Assembly (NCBI GenBank): GCA_965222225.1
Contig: CBDCTK010000002.1
Coordinates: forward strand, 4,640,001-4,704,000
Source: Candidatus Poribacteria bacterium
GTDB lineage: Bacteria > Poribacteria > WGA-4E > JAJDTR01
DNA: 64,000 nucleotides
Direction of reading: 5' to 3'
Part shown: positions 41,233 through 50,172 of the stretch, piece after piece
Position numbering within the stretch: position 1 is the first letter of the stretch
Layout of the letters: the number at the start of each line of letters is the position of its first letter
The notes under the pieces: model-generated
Seen by the model: the letters and a program-made list of their open reading frames with translations, nothing else
Database searches by the model: none
Told to the model about the DNA's origin: nothing
Translations under genes and position numbers: made by a program

Positions 41233-42063
41233 GTGGACAAAGAGCAAGCACTTCCCGCCAAACCTCTACCTCGCGATGTCTTGAATGTTGTTTTGAAGGA
41301 TTTTTGTCAAAACGGCGCAACGATTATCCGAAATGTGCTCTCACGAGAAGAGTGCGAACGGATAGTCGCGCGTGTTGACGAAATCTTTTCCGAGCCTTAC
41401 TTCATGCGGATGCGTAATGTCAAAGACACTCGGCAAGATGACAAAGTTCCTATCGTCGTGCATCGCCTCTTTGAATGCGACCTCATGTTTCGCGATTTGC
41501 TGGTGCGTGAGCCGATTATTAGTATTGCCGAAAGCGTTTTAGGTGAGCACTGCCACTGTATTGCTCAAGGTTGTATCCTCAACCGAAAAGACTTAGGTAT
41601 CAACCGATTTCATGTTGACGATGGTATAGAATTTCCTATCACACCTGAGATGGAACGGCACGACCCAAGGCTGCGGATGCCTGTGCTCCGTATGTCCGTG
41701 CAAATTGCCCTGACCGATCAGGATGATGTCAAATACGGTCCATCCCAATTCGTTCCGGGTAGCCACTACTCCGGAAGGCAACCCGATGGGCCGGAGTTTC
41801 CAACCTTTGATGGCAAAGAGCCTATCTCACTCCTCATGAAAGCTGGGGACCTTTATCTGCTCAATGGACAAACATGGCATCGAGGCGCGCCAAACCAGAC
41901 CAATCGGGTTCGCTATCTGTTCCACCAAGTCTATGGACAACGCTTCGTCGCGCAGCGGTTTTGGCCCTACTTAAATTACCGTATGTCCGACCACGTCTTG
42001 GAAGGTGCCGATGAACGTCTGCTGCGTGTCCTTGGAAAACATCCGGAAATGGCTTATGGTTGA
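41233..42063 (+). CDS. PhyH-family dioxygenase
   Basis: FHVD, VPGSH and KAGDLYLLNGQTWHRG motifs. Confidence 0.9.
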   Translation: MDKEQALPAKPLPRDVLNVVLKDFCQNGATIIRNVLSREECERIVARVDEIFSEPYFMRMRNVKDTRQDDKVPIVVHRLFECDLMFRDLLVREPIISIAESVLGEHCHCIAQGCILNRKDLGINRFHVDDGIEFPITPEMERHDPRLRMPVLRMSVQIALTDQDDVKYGPSQFVPGSHYSGRQPDGPEFPTFDGKEPISLLMKAGDLYLLNGQTWHRGAPNQTNRVRYLFHQVYGQRFVAQRFWPYLNYRMSDHVLEGADERLLRVLGKHPEMAYG

Positions 42064-42252
42064 TATACGCTGTCGTTCGCGGCGAATCTGATAAATTCAA
42101 TTAAAACCTCCCCGCAATTTCGTACATGTACGGAGCATACAGGTGTAGGTCTTCTACTATTAATTTCACAAGAAATCTAAGATGAATCGTGAAGTTGTCT
42201 AGTGTTGAGCGTTAAACCGAGCAAAATCTTAGAGTAATCTGCATACCCGAGA

Positions 42253-43224
42253 ATGAAATCAAGAGCCAAATTGAGCGGAGCACTAATAGTTTCGATACTG
42301 TTGCATGCAATTGTTGGCGCAATAGGATTTTACTTTTGGATTGATTCAGGCCCTGCCAATCAGCAAGACTCCATCAGCGCGGTCTTTATGAAGGTTGATA
42401 AGCCGAAACTTAAGCGCAAGACCGCCCCAAAACGAGCGCGCATTCGCAAGAGAACCTCCGACCAAACTAACTCACCTAGACTCAAGGTGCTGACTAGCAA
42501 TGCCCCAGTGACCTCGCGCGGGGTTGTTTCAGCAACAACGCCGACAGAATTTAGCGCAACAGGATCGTTAGACCTCAGTGACGGCATGGGTTTAGACACA
42601 AACAGTGTTGAATTCAATCAGGGTACACCACAGATTGGACGAGTGATCGAGAATTCGGTTGGGCGAATGCCGAACAAAGATGCCCGTCTTAAGAGCCGCC
42701 TAGTCAAATTTATCGAAAGACAAGAAGGGCCTCAACAGATCGCATATTGCGTGGATTTATCGTCTAGTATGCTGGGATTGACGCCACGAAAACTGAAAAA
42801 GATACTGTCTATCATGCAGGATTCGCTCACATTTCTTGAACCTCATGACCGATTCAACATCATCACATTCGGCAGCGAAATTAACTTCCTTCGTGATGAG
42901 TTCATACCTGTAACCGACGATGGGGTTTTGGAAGGAACATCTTACTTCGAGACGCTATCACCCAGAAAAAGTGACACGTATGCCGACAAGGATATGATTG
43001 AGGCAATTCAAGAGATTCAGAAAATACCCCACACCGTTGTTGTTCTATTTAGTGACGGAATCTTGACTTCCGGTGTTCCAGATCCGAATAAGATTCGGCA
43101 AACAGCGGCTGCGAGTGCACGAATCTTTACGATGGGAATCGAAATGCCGGAAGACTTTCCGGGTGCCGTTATGCTTTCCATGCTCGCAGCTGACAGTGAC
43201 GGAGAATTCTGGTTGGTTGACTAA
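42253..43224 (+). CDS. Single-TM, vWA-domain protein
   Basis: N-terminal TM VSILLHAIV, Lys/Arg/Pro-rich linker, MIDAS VDLSSSM, DRFNIITF and FSDG. Confidence 0.85.
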   Translation: MKSRAKLSGALIVSILLHAIVGAIGFYFWIDSGPANQQDSISAVFMKVDKPKLKRKTAPKRARIRKRTSDQTNSPRLKVLTSNAPVTSRGVVSATTPTEFSATGSLDLSDGMGLDTNSVEFNQGTPQIGRVIENSVGRMPNKDARLKSRLVKFIERQEGPQQIAYCVDLSSSMLGLTPRKLKKILSIMQDSLTFLEPHDRFNIITFGSEINFLRDEFIPVTDDGVLEGTSYFETLSPRKSDTYADKDMIEAIQEIQKIPHTVVVLFSDGILTSGVPDPNKIRQTAAASARIFTMGIEMPEDFPGAVMLSMLAADSDGEFWLVD

Positions 43225-43610
43225 AAACCGAACTGCTACTTGTCCTTTGATGATTGTATAATCATCCGCCTTCAAAATCCGTCAGACGCCAAATCCTCCT
43301 AGTTCATATTTATCATGCGAACACCGTTCATATCCGCTTGAACGCTTGAACCGAGGATTTCCTTTCTACTGAGCGTCAGCTGCACATTGTATGACTCCAA
43401 TACCGAGTTTCGCGACCGCAGCTATGTGTAAAGTACCGCTTGCCTTCTGACACGAGATGCGTTATACTTTCAAACGTAGGAGAAAGCCCGCTAAAATGGC
43501 AGTCTACAAACGAGCATACGCACCGTCAGTACAAGTTTCAATAATCTCTAGATGCGCGTTGACATCGCCTACCTACATATGTCGGCACATATTTAATAAG
43601 GAGAGTGAAA

Positions 43611-44270
43611 ATGCCACTAAGAATCAACGGCGAAGCCCCGAACTTTACAGCCAAGACCACTCAAGGCACTATAGATTTTCATGAATGGATTGGGGACGGT
43701 TGGGCAGTGCTGTTTTCCCATCCGAAAGACTTTACCCCGGTTTGCACAACCGAGTTGGGATATATGGCGGGTCTGGCGTCTGAATTCGCAAAGCGTAACT
43801 GCAAGATTATCGGTCTTAGCGTCGACCCCGTGGAAGACCACGTAGAATGGTCAAAGGACATTGAAGAAACACAAGGACACGCCGTCACCTATCCAATGAT
43901 TGGGGACACGGATTTGGCAGTAGCTAAACTGTATAATATGTTACCTGCCGATGAACCTGGGACATCAGAAGGACGCACGGCTGTCAACAATGCGACGGTG
44001 CGCTCCGTATTTGTGATTGGCCCGGACAAAACAATCAAACTCATGCTGACGTATCCAATGACCACCGGGCGTAACTTTGACGAAATCCTCCGTGTCCTTG
44101 ACTCAATGCAGTTAACGGCGAATCGTAAAGTTGCAACGCCGGCGAACTGGGAAATGGGTGACGATGTGATTATCGTGCCGGCTGTATCCGACGAGGAAGC
44201 AAAGGAAGTATATCCCGATGGGTGGAAGACTGTTAAGCCTTATTTGCGTATGGTTTCTCAACCTGATTAG
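43611..44270 (+). CDS. 1-Cys peroxiredoxin (Prx6 family)
   Basis: FSHPKDFTPVCTTE, GRNFDEILR and TPANW motifs. AAGGAG RBS favours ATG 43611. Confidence 0.95.
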   Translation: MPLRINGEAPNFTAKTTQGTIDFHEWIGDGWAVLFSHPKDFTPVCTTELGYMAGLASEFAKRNCKIIGLSVDPVEDHVEWSKDIEETQGHAVTYPMIGDTDLAVAKLYNMLPADEPGTSEGRTAVNNATVRSVFVIGPDKTIKLMLTYPMTTGRNFDEILRVLDSMQLTANRKVATPANWEMGDDVIIVPAVSDEEAKEVYPDGWKTVKPYLRMVSQPD

Positions 44271-44357
44271 ACAAACCAGCTAATACGCTTTCTTGCGAAT
44301 TGAATGTGTTTCAATTGCGTCGGACCATACGCTAAAACTTGTCCATGGGTTAGTCAA

Positions 44358-44391
44358 GAAAAGGGGACGAAGAGTTGATTGTCCTCTTTTC
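44358..44391 (+). terminator. Probable intrinsic terminator after the peroxiredoxin gene
   Basis: GAAAAGGGGAC...GTCCTCTTTTC hairpin with A/T-tract ends. Confidence 0.5.
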
Positions 44392-44478
44392 GCCTAGCCG
44401 ATGATTTAGCTCATCCTCAATGCCAAGTTTTGCACCGAAATTCTTGATGTTTCAATTTAAGGCAAAGCTTTTTATTGC

Positions 44479-45321
44479 ATGCACTATCTCACCCGCCAAG
44501 TAGCATTCGAGGCCTCACACGCTCTTCGCATCCCCGAACTTAGCGATAAAGAAAATTACGAGTTGTTTGGCCCCGCCGCCAACGACCATGGCCACAACTA
44601 TGTTGTGGAAGTGACGATCAAGGGAATGGTTTCTGACAATGATGGGATGGTCATCAATCTCGCGGATCTTGACCAACTCCTTAGGGATAAGGTTCTCACT
44701 CATTACGATCATAAATATATAAACCTCCAACATCCGGTATTTGCAAACGATTCGCATCTACAACCTACTGCCGAAAACATAGCAATTGAGGTATGGAACA
44801 CGTTTGAGTCACGTTCACAATCGACTAACTTGCACCGCGTTCGAATCTACGAAGATACGGCTCTGTTTGCCGACTATTTTGGAGAGAAACGGATGGTTTA
44901 TCTCACCAAAGTTTATGAATTTAGCGCATCGCATCGTTTACACAGCCAACTCCTGAGTGATGACGAGAATCGGAAAACATTTGGCAAGTGTAACAATCCA
45001 CATGGGCATGGCCACAACTATGTTCTTGAGGTCATGATTAAGGGAGAGGCTCACCCCAAAACAGGAATGGTTGTTGACTCCGGATTCCTTGATGAATTTG
45101 TTAAAAAACAGATTCATGCGCGATTCGACCATAGACATCTGAACCTTGACACACCCGAATTCGAGGCTCTTAATCCAACCTCCGAGAACTTTGTGAAGGT
45201 GATTTGGAATCTTCTTGAAGAACCCTTAAAACCCATTATCTTGCATAGGCTTCGATTGAAAGAAACGCCTAGGAATCATTTTGACTATTACGGCGAATCG
45301 CCAGAGGTTGATTGTCCATGA
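44479..45321 (+). CDS. Dual-domain 6-pyruvoyltetrahydropterin synthase (PTPS-II-like, QueD/COG0720 fold)
   Basis: Two tandem T-fold domains. Domain 1: FEASH...AANDHGHNY...PTAEN. Domain 2: FSASHRL...[14 protein letters not shown]...NPTSEN...ETPRN. Confidence 0.88.
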   Translation: MHYLTRQVAFEASHALRIPELSDKENYELFGPAANDHGHNYVVEVTIKGMVSDNDGMVINLADLDQLLRDKVLTHYDHKYINLQHPVFANDSHLQPTAENIAIEVWNTFESRSQSTNLHRVRIYEDTALFADYFGEKRMVYLTKVYEFSASHRLHSQLLSDDENRKTFGKCNNPHGHGHNYVLEVMIKGEAHPKTGMVVDSGFLDEFVKKQIHARFDHRHLNLDTPEFEALNPTSENFVKVIWNLLEEPLKPIILHRLRLKETPRNHFDYYGESPEVDCP

Positions 45322-46013
45322 ATGATACTACAGAAACAGAATTCACGTCGGAACCTGAAGCCCTTGATGCTAAGGAGGCTGCGTCACAAGCCGCCGAACA
45401 TCGGGCAATGCACCACCCGTATGCCAGCGCATCGGTCGAAGATGAATTCGCTTTGGCGAATCCCCAACTGGAAAACATTTACGCAAATATCTTGATGCAG
45501 ATCGGCGAGGATCCCTCGCGAGGTGGGCTCATCAGAACTCCCCGTCGCGCATCTACGGCACTTTCCTTTCTGACCCAGGGGTATCATCAAGATTTTAAGG
45601 AGATTTTGAATGGCGCCATTTTCAATGAAGACTACGACGACATGGTCATCGTAAAAAACATTGAGTTCTACAGTTTGTGCGAACACCATATACTTCCGTT
45701 TTTTGGCAACTGCCATGTGGGCTATATCCCCAGCGGAAAGATTATCGGTCTAAGCAAAATACCTCGAATTGTGGATATGTTTGCTCGCCGGTTGCAGGTA
45801 CAAGAACGTTTGACTGACCAGATTGCCAAGACGTTAGATGAAGCACTTCAACCGCTCGGAGTTGCAGTAGTCATTGAGGCGCAACATATGTGTATGATGA
45901 TTCGTGGTGTCGAGAAACAGAATTCCAAGACAATAACAAACGTTATGTTAGGGGCATTCAGAGATAAAGATTCAACACGGTCAGAATTTATGCAAAGCTG
46001 CCAGTCGACATGA
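45318..46013 (+). CDS. folE: GTP cyclohydrolase I
   Basis: [41 protein letters not shown] and HMCMMIRGV motifs. ATGA overlap with PTPS. Confidence 0.97.
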   Translation: MNDTTETEFTSEPEALDAKEAASQAAEHRAMHHPYASASVEDEFALANPQLENIYANILMQIGEDPSRGGLIRTPRRASTALSFLTQGYHQDFKEILNGAIFNEDYDDMVIVKNIEFYSLCEHHILPFFGNCHVGYIPSGKIIGLSKIPRIVDMFARRLQVQERLTDQIAKTLDEALQPLGVAVVIEAQHMCMMIRGVEKQNSKTITNVMLGAFRDKDSTRSEFMQSCQST

Positions 46014-46164
46014 ATTCTAGCCGAAATCCTTGAGGCGAACTCGTACCCCTTAATATTGCGCCGAATACGGTATCGCGATGAATTCAACTACGCGAAGATG
46101 GGCTGGCGAACACACTTGATTTCACGAATCATGACGCGTAGTATGCGCGGCAAGTCGATCGTCC

Positions 46165-46890
46165 ATGGATGAACAGACACTAAAGAATCAAGTTGCAATT
46201 GTTACCGGCGCATCCCGCGGTATTGGTGCCGAGACCGCGATTGCATTTGGCAAAGTTGGGGCGAAAGTTATATTGGCTGCACGGACAAAGCCTGATGTAG
46301 AAGCGATTGCTCACCGCATCCGCGAGAATGGGGGTGAGGCGCTGGCAGTGACTGTTGATGTTACTCAGTCAAAACAGGTTGAGCGGTTAATACACTCAGC
46401 TGTCGAACGTTACGGTCAAATTGATATTTTGGTGAATAATGCCGGGCAGGGTAAGTTTGGGAAGGTTATGGAGTTCGAGTTGGCTAGCTGGGACACCGTG
46501 ATTGAGTCAAATCTCACTAGTCTCTTTCTCTGCTCGAAATGTGTTCTTGGACCGATGCTCAGCCGCAAATCCGGGCAAATTATCAATGTTTTGTCCGTGG
46601 CTGCAAAAATCACCTTTAGCGCTGCAGGTGCTTATTGTGCGGCTAAAGCAGGTGCCTTGGCTTTGACTAGAGTCTTATCGGAAGAAGTGCGCGGGGAAAA
46701 CATCCGGGTGACAGCAGTGTTACCGGGAGCCACTCACACGTCGTTTTGGGACGGGATGGATCAACATCCGGATTTCGACCAGATGTTGAAGCCAACGCAC
46801 ATAGCAGCGGCAATTCTGTCAGTTGCGAAGCAACCCTTGGGTATGGTTATCGAGGAAATAAAAGTAACGCCACCGCTCGGCATCTTGTAA
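46165..46890 (+). CDS. SDR oxidoreductase, candidate bacterial sepiapterin reductase
   Basis: TGASRGIG, NNAG, SVAA and YCAAK motifs. Operon context with PTPS and folE. C-terminal PGATHTSFW...IEEIKVTPPLG resembles Chlorobium sepiapterin reductase, as recalled. Confidence 0.75.
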   Translation: MDEQTLKNQVAIVTGASRGIGAETAIAFGKVGAKVILAARTKPDVEAIAHRIRENGGEALAVTVDVTQSKQVERLIHSAVERYGQIDILVNNAGQGKFGKVMEFELASWDTVIESNLTSLFLCSKCVLGPMLSRKSGQIINVLSVAAKITFSAAGAYCAAKAGALALTRVLSEEVRGENIRVTAVLPGATHTSFWDGMDQHPDFDQMLKPTHIAAAILSVAKQPLGMVIEEIKVTPPLGIL

Positions 46891-46930
46891 TTATGGCCGT
46901 TTGTGCGCTGAGCACAACTTGCCCTAAACC

Positions 46931-48355
46931 TTATCTCTGGGATTCAGATTTCCCGAAGTTTCCCGCTTTGCAGCGTATCCGAACTTTCCGGATGCGACGT
47001 GAGTCAGCGTCCGAAATCGTGATAACCAAATCATCCGATTCGATTTTGACACCCGGTTTTGGAATGCTCCCCGTTCGATCAAGAATGTAACCCGCTACGG
47101 TCTCGTAATCTCCTGGCGGGATTGGCACCCCATACTGGTCCGACAGAACACCAATTTCTGTTCGCCCATCGCATTCCAATAGACGCGGGCTAATCACGTG
47201 GAGAATCTCGGGTTCGTCCCGTTGGTCGCGTTCATCGAACATTTCGCCTACGATTTCCTCGACCAAATCTTCCACGGTGCTTAATCCCACAATCCCTCCA
47301 TATTCATCCACGACGAACACCATAGTATGATGGCTCTGCTGAATTTCCTTAAGAAGGACATTTGTAGGCTTTGATGCCGGAACAAATTGGAGATCGGGTC
47401 GAATAAACGATTCAAGTTTTTGGGAGTTGTCATTCGAATAAATAACGTCGAGCAGGTGAACAATCCCGATAATGTTGTTGACTTGATCTTCATAAACGGG
47501 TATACGAGAAAAGCCCGCTTCTGCCGCGATTTTCAAGAAGGTGTCAACGTCTATGTCTTTATCAACGGCAACAATGTCAACCAAAGGTACCATTACCTGC
47601 TCCACAGTGCGATTGTGAAGATTGAGAACACTGTGAATCATTCGTCGTTGGTCTTCCAAGATTCCACCGGATTGTTCTCCCATCGATGCTAACAGTCGCA
47701 ATTCGTCACGTTGGGCATCGGGTGAAGCCGGAGCCGTTTGTCTTTCCCCCATTCGGACAAGGAAGCTAGTCAGGTACGTTATCCCATTAACGATTGGACG
47801 TAAGATGATATTGGACATTCTCAACGGAACTGCATAGCGTAGCGCGAGGGAGTTGGCTTTCACCCGAGAAATTGTCTTCGGTAGAAGTTCGCCGAATACC
47901 AAGATTATCGCGGTGGTAATTAAGGTTGCCGCTGCCTGTTCGTTTGTCCGCAATTTCGTTACTACTGTCTGGGTTATTGTAGACATCTGCAGCAGTGCAA
48001 TTACAAATAACAACCCCATCTGAGATGCCAATACATTCGCGATATTAGTGCCGACCAACGTCATCCCAAGAGTCTTCTCAGGTGTATCAACCAGTTTCTT
48101 CACAATCTGGGCTCTCTTATTCCCCTGTTCGGCGAGCTGATATATCTTAAGTCTATCAAGAGAAACTGTCGCCGTCTCTGAACCCGAATAGAAAGCTGAT
48201 AGAACAACAAAAAATATCAGACCACCCAAGAGAAAAACGAATCGGAGGAGGTTATTTTCCAATGCCGCCTCTAGCCCGCCAGGACCAGTCGCGCCAGCCA
48301 GAAATAAGCAACAAACCAAGATGAAGGCAATTCTAAAAATATTAACTCGACTCAT
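46931..48355 (-). CDS. CNNM/DUF21-CBS-CorC (hemolysin-family) Mg2+ transport protein
   Basis: FYSGSETA, FGELLPK, GFSRIPV, VDEYGG, EDLVEEIVGE and YETVAG motifs. Confidence 0.92.
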   Translation of the reverse strand: MSRVNIFRIAFILVCCLFLAGATGPGGLEAALENNLLRFVFLLGGLIFFVVLSAFYSGSETATVSLDRLKIYQLAEQGNKRAQIVKKLVDTPEKTLGMTLVGTNIANVLASQMGLLFVIALLQMSTITQTVVTKLRTNEQAAATLITTAIILVFGELLPKTISRVKANSLALRYAVPLRMSNIILRPIVNGITYLTSFLVRMGERQTAPASPDAQRDELRLLASMGEQSGGILEDQRRMIHSVLNLHNRTVEQVMVPLVDIVAVDKDIDVDTFLKIAAEAGFSRIPVYEDQVNNIIGIVHLLDVIYSNDNSQKLESFIRPDLQFVPASKPTNVLLKEIQQSHHTMVFVVDEYGGIVGLSTVEDLVEEIVGEMFDERDQRDEPEILHVISPRLLECDGRTEIGVLSDQYGVPIPPGDYETVAGYILDRTGSIPKPGVKIESDDLVITISDADSRRIRKVRIRCKAGNFGKSESQR

Positions 48356-48464
48356 AGTAGTAACATCTTCGGTGCGGCCAATTCACTCTCTGTGCAAGGA
48401 CTCTTGAAATCGAATCGTCATAGATATGACAAACGCCGATATTGCGTTGGCGTTAATGTTCCGC

Positions 48465-49853
48465 CTACTCGGTGGTTTCTAAAACAGGTTCAGTTTGTTG
48501 TGGTAGCGTCATAATTACAACACCAACGAAGTTTCCTTCCATCGCGGCAATCTCAAATTGGATACCGTTTTCATCCTGCTCAGACTCTCCAACCGCCGGC
48601 ACACGACCAAAAAGAGCAAGAACATATCCTCCAATGGTGTCGGCGATGTCTTCGTCAAGCGTTAGTCGCAATTGTTGGTTTGTAGACTTTACGCTGACTC
48701 TGCCGGAAACCTCAATGAGCGAAGGGTCGTCCGGACTTGAGATTATGTTAGGAGACTTTAGCGCGGTGTCATGTTCATCGACAATGTCGCCAACCAACTG
48801 TTCGAGGATGTCTTCGATTGTGGCAATACCAGAAACACCGCCGTATTCATCCAAAAGGATTGCCATTTTCGTCTTCTGCCGCGTAAGCTCCAGCAGAAGA
48901 TCGGCGAGTTTCATCGTTTCAAGAACAAAAACGGGTTGACGTACAAGTGTGTTTTCTACCTCAGAACCTGCGAGAAGATGACGTCGGATGAGGAATGTCT
49001 CTAAAGTCATCCTCCGGATGTCCACACGCCGCCACAGGGGTATGTCCTTGACCTGAAAAACTCCGCATACGTCGTCTATCTGCTTCCGGTAGACCGGGAT
49101 TCGGGAGAATCCAAACTCTTGGGCTTTCGCCAACGCTTCTTGGATTGTCGCCGAGATCTCAAGTGCAATCATCTCTGTTCGCGGCTCCATAATTTCTTTA
49201 GCTTCGATTGCCCGCAATTCAAGGACATTGCTAAGGATTGTCCGTTCATCAGCTTGTAGTCCCTTGACATGGTCCATGTCAAGAATGGTCTTGAAGTCGC
49301 CAGTGGTCAAGCGTTCTGTTTTTGGGGTATGGCTAGCGCCAAACAAAGGCGTTAAGAAATCGACGATAATGCGCAGAAAAGCGCGCAAGGGTGAGATCAC
49401 TATGGACAAACTCCATAGTGGTCGCGCGATGATGCGGGCAAAGAACTCCGGATGTCTGATGGCGTGAGTTTTGGGAACAATCTCTCCGAAAATCAATAAT
49501 GGTGGGACAATCAATACCGTGCCAACAATAAACTCAGCTACATGTTGAAGGGTGTGATTGTTGAGTTTCTGGAGGTGTTCAAAAAACGGCAAATCACGAA
49601 TTAGCCAATAAGCTATCGTTGCAAACGCTACATTGACAAGAGTGTTGCCGAGTAAGAGAGTGATGAATAAGCGGCGGGGATTATCGACGAAATTGACAAT
49701 AGCAATGCTATTCTTCCTCTTTTCGGTCCGAAGACGTTCTACCTGAACTTTCGTCAGTGCGCATAAAGCGGTCTCTGACCCCGAGAAAAAGCCGGAAAGA
49801 AAAAGAAGCAGCCCCAATCCTATCAACTGGGGCAAGGGTTGGTCAATTTCCAT
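48465..49853 (-). CDS. CNNM/DUF21-CBS-CorC (hemolysin-family) protein, tandem paralogue
   Basis: FFSGSETA, FGEIVPK, GFSRIPV, LDEYGG and EDILEQLVGDI motifs. Confidence 0.92.
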   Translation of the reverse strand: MEIDQPLPQLIGLGLLLFLSGFFSGSETALCALTKVQVERLRTEKRKNSIAIVNFVDNPRRLFITLLLGNTLVNVAFATIAYWLIRDLPFFEHLQKLNNHTLQHVAEFIVGTVLIVPPLLIFGEIVPKTHAIRHPEFFARIIARPLWSLSIVISPLRAFLRIIVDFLTPLFGASHTPKTERLTTGDFKTILDMDHVKGLQADERTILSNVLELRAIEAKEIMEPRTEMIALEISATIQEALAKAQEFGFSRIPVYRKQIDDVCGVFQVKDIPLWRRVDIRRMTLETFLIRRHLLAGSEVENTLVRQPVFVLETMKLADLLLELTRQKTKMAILLDEYGGVSGIATIEDILEQLVGDIVDEHDTALKSPNIISSPDDPSLIEVSGRVSVKSTNQQLRLTLDEDIADTIGGYVLALFGRVPAVGESEQDENGIQFEIAAMEGNFVGVVIMTLPQQTEPVLETTE

Positions 49854-50087
49854 GTTTGATGGATGTCAAAAATGGGCCGGCATATAGAAATGCCGATGAT
49901 TTGCACGTTCCATGCGGCAGGAATCCCGCGTGCGTCTTAGCGGAGGACAATCGGGTGCTTGAGGACGCGAATACACGACGTATTCAAACTTGTGAATCCC
50001 CAGAGGCACACCCCTCGATTTCGGCAAATCCGCGCTAATTGTAGCACATCGCCCTGCCAATAACAACAATAATTCGATTATTTAGCA

Positions 50088-50116
50088 TTGACAGTAAAGT
50101 AATTTTGTGTTACCCT
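50088..50116 (+). promoter_or_regulatory. Sigma70-like promoter for the kinase gene
   Basis: TTGACA-17 nt-TACCCT with an upstream TG; supports a start at ATG 50173 (GGAG RBS). Confidence 0.45.
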
Positions 50117-50172
50117 CTCCTTCGCACGAGAAGAAAATCCGAGTGCATTCAGTCGGACGAGGAGATATAACT

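Noticed and set aside
1-42063. PhyH genes as Fe/2OG halogenases
   Set aside because: All five keep the HxD carboxylate (HRD, HQD, HRD, HLD, HVD); halogenases have HxA/G.
44479-46013. Queuosine or 7-deazaguanine DNA-modification cluster
   Set aside because: No queC, queE, queF, tgt or dpdA is adjacent. The PTPS motif spacing is BH4-type and the third gene is an SDR.
46931-49853. Hemolysin virulence factors or a novel duplication
   Set aside because: These are CNNM/CorC Mg2+-homeostasis proteins, and tandem pairs are common.
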